Below, piece after piece: positions 59,905-64,000 of a stretch of DNA of 64,000 nucleotides. Origin of the DNA: Anolis carolinensis. Lineage: Eukaryota. Position numbers and translations under genes: made by a program. Position 1 is the stretch's first letter. Every line of letters starts with the position of its first letter. The notes beneath the pieces are model-generated. The model was not told the DNA's origin, searched no databases, and saw nothing but the letters and a program-made list of their open reading frames with translations. The DNA is taken from positions 62,001 to 126,000 of the forward strand of contig NW_026943823.1 of the NCBI RefSeq assembly GCF_035594765.1, read 5' to 3'.

Positions 59905-60454
59905 TACTGTATATACTCGAGTATAAGCCTAGTTTTTCGGCTTATACTCGGGTGAGGGTCCTGGTGGGCTTATATTCAGGTCAGTTTATACTTAAGTATA
60001 TATGGTATATTTATTATTTTTCTCTATTATTATTGGTATTGTTACATTTATTATTTTACTCTATCATTATTATTACATTTATTATTTTACTCTATTATTG
60101 TTGTTACTTTTACATTTATTTTACTCTATTTTATTGTTATTAATACATTTATTATTTTACTGCTTTTATTATTATTATTACATTCATTATTATTATTATT
60201 ATTATTAAAAAGATACATAAGCACATTTACTTTGAAGAAGATGAAAATAATGATTTAATCAGAGTTGAACAGTCATATCTTAAATTACAGTTTGATGTAA
60301 AGATTCAAAAACATTTAAACTACTGATGCCTCAATTAATGTAATTTTATTGGTATCTCGGCTTATACTGGAGTCAATGTTTTCCCAGTTTTTTTGTGGTA
60401 AAATTAGGTGCCTCGGCTTATATTCGGGTCGGCTTATACTCGAGTATATGCGGT
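59905..60454. mobile_element. Tigger-like MITE (third family)
   Basis: TIR ~CCGTATATACTCGAGTATAAGCC; other copies at 48253-48650 and 62648-63262. Confidence 0.75.
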
Positions 60455-61928
60455 AGTTATTAAGTAGAGGTTGGATGGCCATGTGTCAGGAGGGTTTTGA
60501 TTGTGCTTCTCCTGCCTTGCGGAATAAGTGAGGTTGGACTGGATGACCTCTGGAGGTCCCTTCCTACTCTGGGATTCTATTATTATTATGTATTATTACT
60601 GTTATCAAGCAGAGGCTTGGATGGCCATCTGTCAGGAAGGCTTCGATGATTCTTTCCCCGCCTTGCAGAATAAAGGCGGCTGGACTGGATGGCCTTCTTT
60701 TCGGGGTGGGGGGTGGTCACTTCCAGCTTTTTGAGAACTTTGATTCTATAGCCCTATTTCTCCATGTCTGTGTGGCCATCTGTTGGGAAGCCTTTCATGG
60801 TGCCTTCCTTTAAGGCAGAACAAAGGGGGTTGGTCTGGATGGCCCTTGAATGGGTGCCTTCAAACCCTAGGATCCTATGATAGATATATTATAGCCTATA
60901 GTGTATCTTATCATATCCATGGCTGGATGGCCATCTGTCAGGGTGGATCGGATGGTGCCTTCCTTTATGACAGAAGGAAGTTGGGCTGGGTGGTCTTTTG
61001 AGGATGGGGGGGTCTCTGGGATTCTGCAATTCTTATGCTGGGTGGCCGCCTTTGATTGTACAATAGAGTCTCACTTATCCAACATAAATGGGCTGGCAGA
61101 ACGTTGGATAAGCGAATATGCTGGATAATAAGGAGAGATTAAGGAGAAGCCTGTTAAACATCAAATTAGGTTATGATTTTACAAATTAAGCACCAAAACA
61201 TCATGTTATACAACAAATTTGACAGAAAAGGTAGTTCAATAGGCAGTAATGCTATGTAGTAATTACTGTATTTACGAATTTAGCACCAAAATATCACGAT
61301 TTATTGAAAACATTGACTACAAAAATGGCTTGGATAATCCAGAACGTTGGATAAGCGAATGTTGGATAAGTGAAACTGCTGTACTTTATTCATGCTTTTC
61401 CTACCTAGAATGATGGGGGCTGGGCTGGGGGTCCCTTCCAACTCTGGGAGCCTTTGGTTCTATTTCTCCATGACGTCTGTGAGGCCGGATGGGCATCCGT
61501 TGGGAGGGTTTTGGTTGTGCTTTTCCTTCATGGTGGAAAGAAGATGGCATTTGGGGGTCCCTTCCAACTCTAGGAGCCTTTGGTTTTTAATAATCTATTC
61601 TGTATTTATTACGGTCTTACCTTTTATGTGTTTTTAATGTAATTTTTTATCCTGTATTGTTGTTTTAAATGAATCTATTGCACTTTATCTATTTAAAATT
61701 TGTAACTCATAATGTGCACCTTGCTTATCCGCTATTGCAACCTCATTGTTTTTAATTCGATGTTTTAATACCGTGTTGTGTTTCTTCGGCTGCTGTGTAT
61801 ATATTATTATTGGTTTTTATTATTGTTCTTTGATGTTTCATATTTTATTTTATCATTGTTTTGTATCTGATTTTGCTGTGAGCCGCCCCGAGTCCCCTTT
61901 GGGGGAGATGGAGGCGGGATATAAATAA

Positions 61929-61963
<35 letters not shown>

Positions 61964-62345
61964 TTATTATTATTTTAATTGATATATTGCATTACTGTTT
62001 TATCTGTTTTATATTGTGATTGTATTATGTTGCTTATATTTTGTCCTTATGTTTTTTGGGCCTCTGCCCCATGTAAGCTGCTCCGAGTCCCCACTGGGAG
62101 ATGGTGGCGGGGTATAAATATAGTTTTATTATTATTATTATTATTGTTATTGGTTCTATGGCGCAATTCCCCCATGTCTGTGAGGCCGGGTGGCCGTCTG
62201 TTGGGAGGGCTTGGATGGTGTCTTTGTGCATTGACTTATCTCACTCCCGTGGGGCCTGGGAGTTGGGACCGCCTTCTGGGCTTTGTCCTTGTTCTTTGGA
62301 TTGGACCCTCTCTTTGCCTCTCTCTCCCGGGGTCCCCAAGACTCT

Positions 62346-62398
<53 letters not shown>

Positions 62399-63412
62399 GC
62401 CCAGGGAACTCGCACTCGCTGCCTTTCCTTCCCTTCCTTTCATCTGCTTCTCCTCCCAGAGGAATGTGTGTGGGAGGGAGGGAGGGAGGGTGGGGCCGGC
62501 GTTCCCTTTTAATCTGGGGCAGGGATGGAGCCCGTCTGCCCCACCCGGAAGGCACGGGTGATCCCACGCCCAAGGAAGAAACCCGCCTCCCGGGCCTGGG
62601 AGAGCCTTCCTTCTGGGACCCACATTGCAAAAGCATTTTAACAAGTAGCGTATATACTCCAGTATAAGCCGACCCGAATATAAGACAAGGCACCTCATTT
62701 TACCACAAAAAAACCTGGGAAAACATTGACTCCAGTATAAGCCGAGGGTGGTACATTTCAGAAATAAAAATAGATGCAGTAGAGTCTCACTTATCCAACG
62801 TAAACAGGCCAGCAGAACGTTGGATAAGCGAATATGTTGGATAATAAGGAGGGATTAAGGAAAAGCCTATTAAACATCCAATTAGGTTATGATTTTACAA
62901 ATTAAGCACCAAAACATCATGTTATACAACAAATTTTACAGAAAAAGTAGTTCAATACACAGTAATGCTATGTAGTAATTACTGTATTTACGAATTTAGC
63001 ACCAAAATATCACGATGTATTGAAAATATTGACTACAAAAATGCGTTGGATAATCCAGAACGTTGCATAAGTGAGACTCTACTGTACCAATAAAATTACA
63101 TTAATTGAGGCATCAGTAGGTTAAATGTTTTGGAATATTTACATCAAGCTCAAATTTAAGATAAGACTGTCCAACTCTGATGAAATCATTATTCTCATCT
63201 TCTTCAATGTAAATGTGCTTATGTATCCTTTTAATAATAATAGAGTAAAATAATACATGTAATACAGTAGTCTCACTTATCCAAGCTAAATGGGCTGCTG
63301 TGAGTTTTCCGGGCTGTATGGCCACGGTCCAGCAGCATGCTCTCCTAATGTTTTGCCTGCATCTGAGGCTAATGATGTCTTCAGAGGTTCTGTTGGCAAT
63401 GAGGCAAGTGGA

Positions 63413-63448
<36 letters not shown>

Positions 63449-63479
63449 TATGAATATTTCTGTGAATATTTTAGAAGTA

Positions 63480-63909
63480 CTAGCTGTGCCCAGCCATGCG
63501 TTGCTGTGGCGAAGTATGGTGTTATGGGAAATAAAGTATTGAGGAATTGGTGGTAGTTAAGGCCTTGAGTCTACACTGCCATATAACCCAGTGCAAATTA
63601 GATAATATGTGGAAGAGACCTAAGTGAGGCCTAAATCTGCCTGTGCCCTAACTGAAGCCTGGCTGTCCCTTGGATGAGTAGGTTGCTAGGAGACCAAGTG
63701 GGCAGAGATTAGCCCTCTAAACTGGCAGCAATTGGATAAAAACAATTATTGCTCTCCCTCTAATTAGGACTTTATTTTTCTTTTCTTTTTGTTATATCAA
63801 CCTAGAGGCGTGGATGATGGGTTGTGTTGTCAAATTTCGAGGTTGGGGGGCCTGTAGTTTTGTTGTTTTGTCGGTCGCCGTGATGCCGTCACTCATTTTT
63901 ATATATAGA
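63480..63909 (-). mobile_element. Non-autonomous Helitron, second copy
   Basis: Same TC...CTAG termini and shared ~240-bp 5' part. Confidence 0.8.
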
Positions 63910-64000
63910 TTTATACGGATATTTTTGCAAATATTTTATGAATATTTTATTAATGTTTTTATTATTATTTCTGCAAATATTTTTGTGGCGTCCTCTGTCT

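Overview
Vertebrate (squamate, very probably Anolis lizard, judged from Sauria SINEs, R4/Dong LINEs, Penelope elements and OC1/hAT1-like MITEs) GC-rich, gene-dense region homologous to human Xq13.1. It carries a DGAT2-family gene (likely DGAT2L6; exons 1-3, minus), complete IGBP1 (6 coding exons, minus, 359 aa), complete EDA (8 coding exons, plus, ~361 aa), NALF2/FAM155B (3 exons, minus, ~373 aa) and EFNB1 exon 1 (plus). EDA exon 1 and NALF2 exon 1 each contain a +1 frameshift in C/G homopolymer tracts, probably assembly errors. The rest is mostly transposon-derived: R4/Dong copies in (TAA)n, tandem CR1 3'-end arrays, pogo/Tigger-type and hAT MITEs, Helitrons, Penelope remnants, a solo LTR and minisatellites. 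The most striking find is a young R4/Dong retrotransposon whose 5' end is inverted (twin-priming-like) and folds into an L1Tc-type HDV-like ribozyme with a canonical box C/D K-turn in P4. There is also a palindromic Penelope remnant with an intact minimal hammerhead core. Most ORFs in the supplied track are spurious because the genes are spliced. Comparisons with human genes and repeat consensus sequences are from memory, not from searches.
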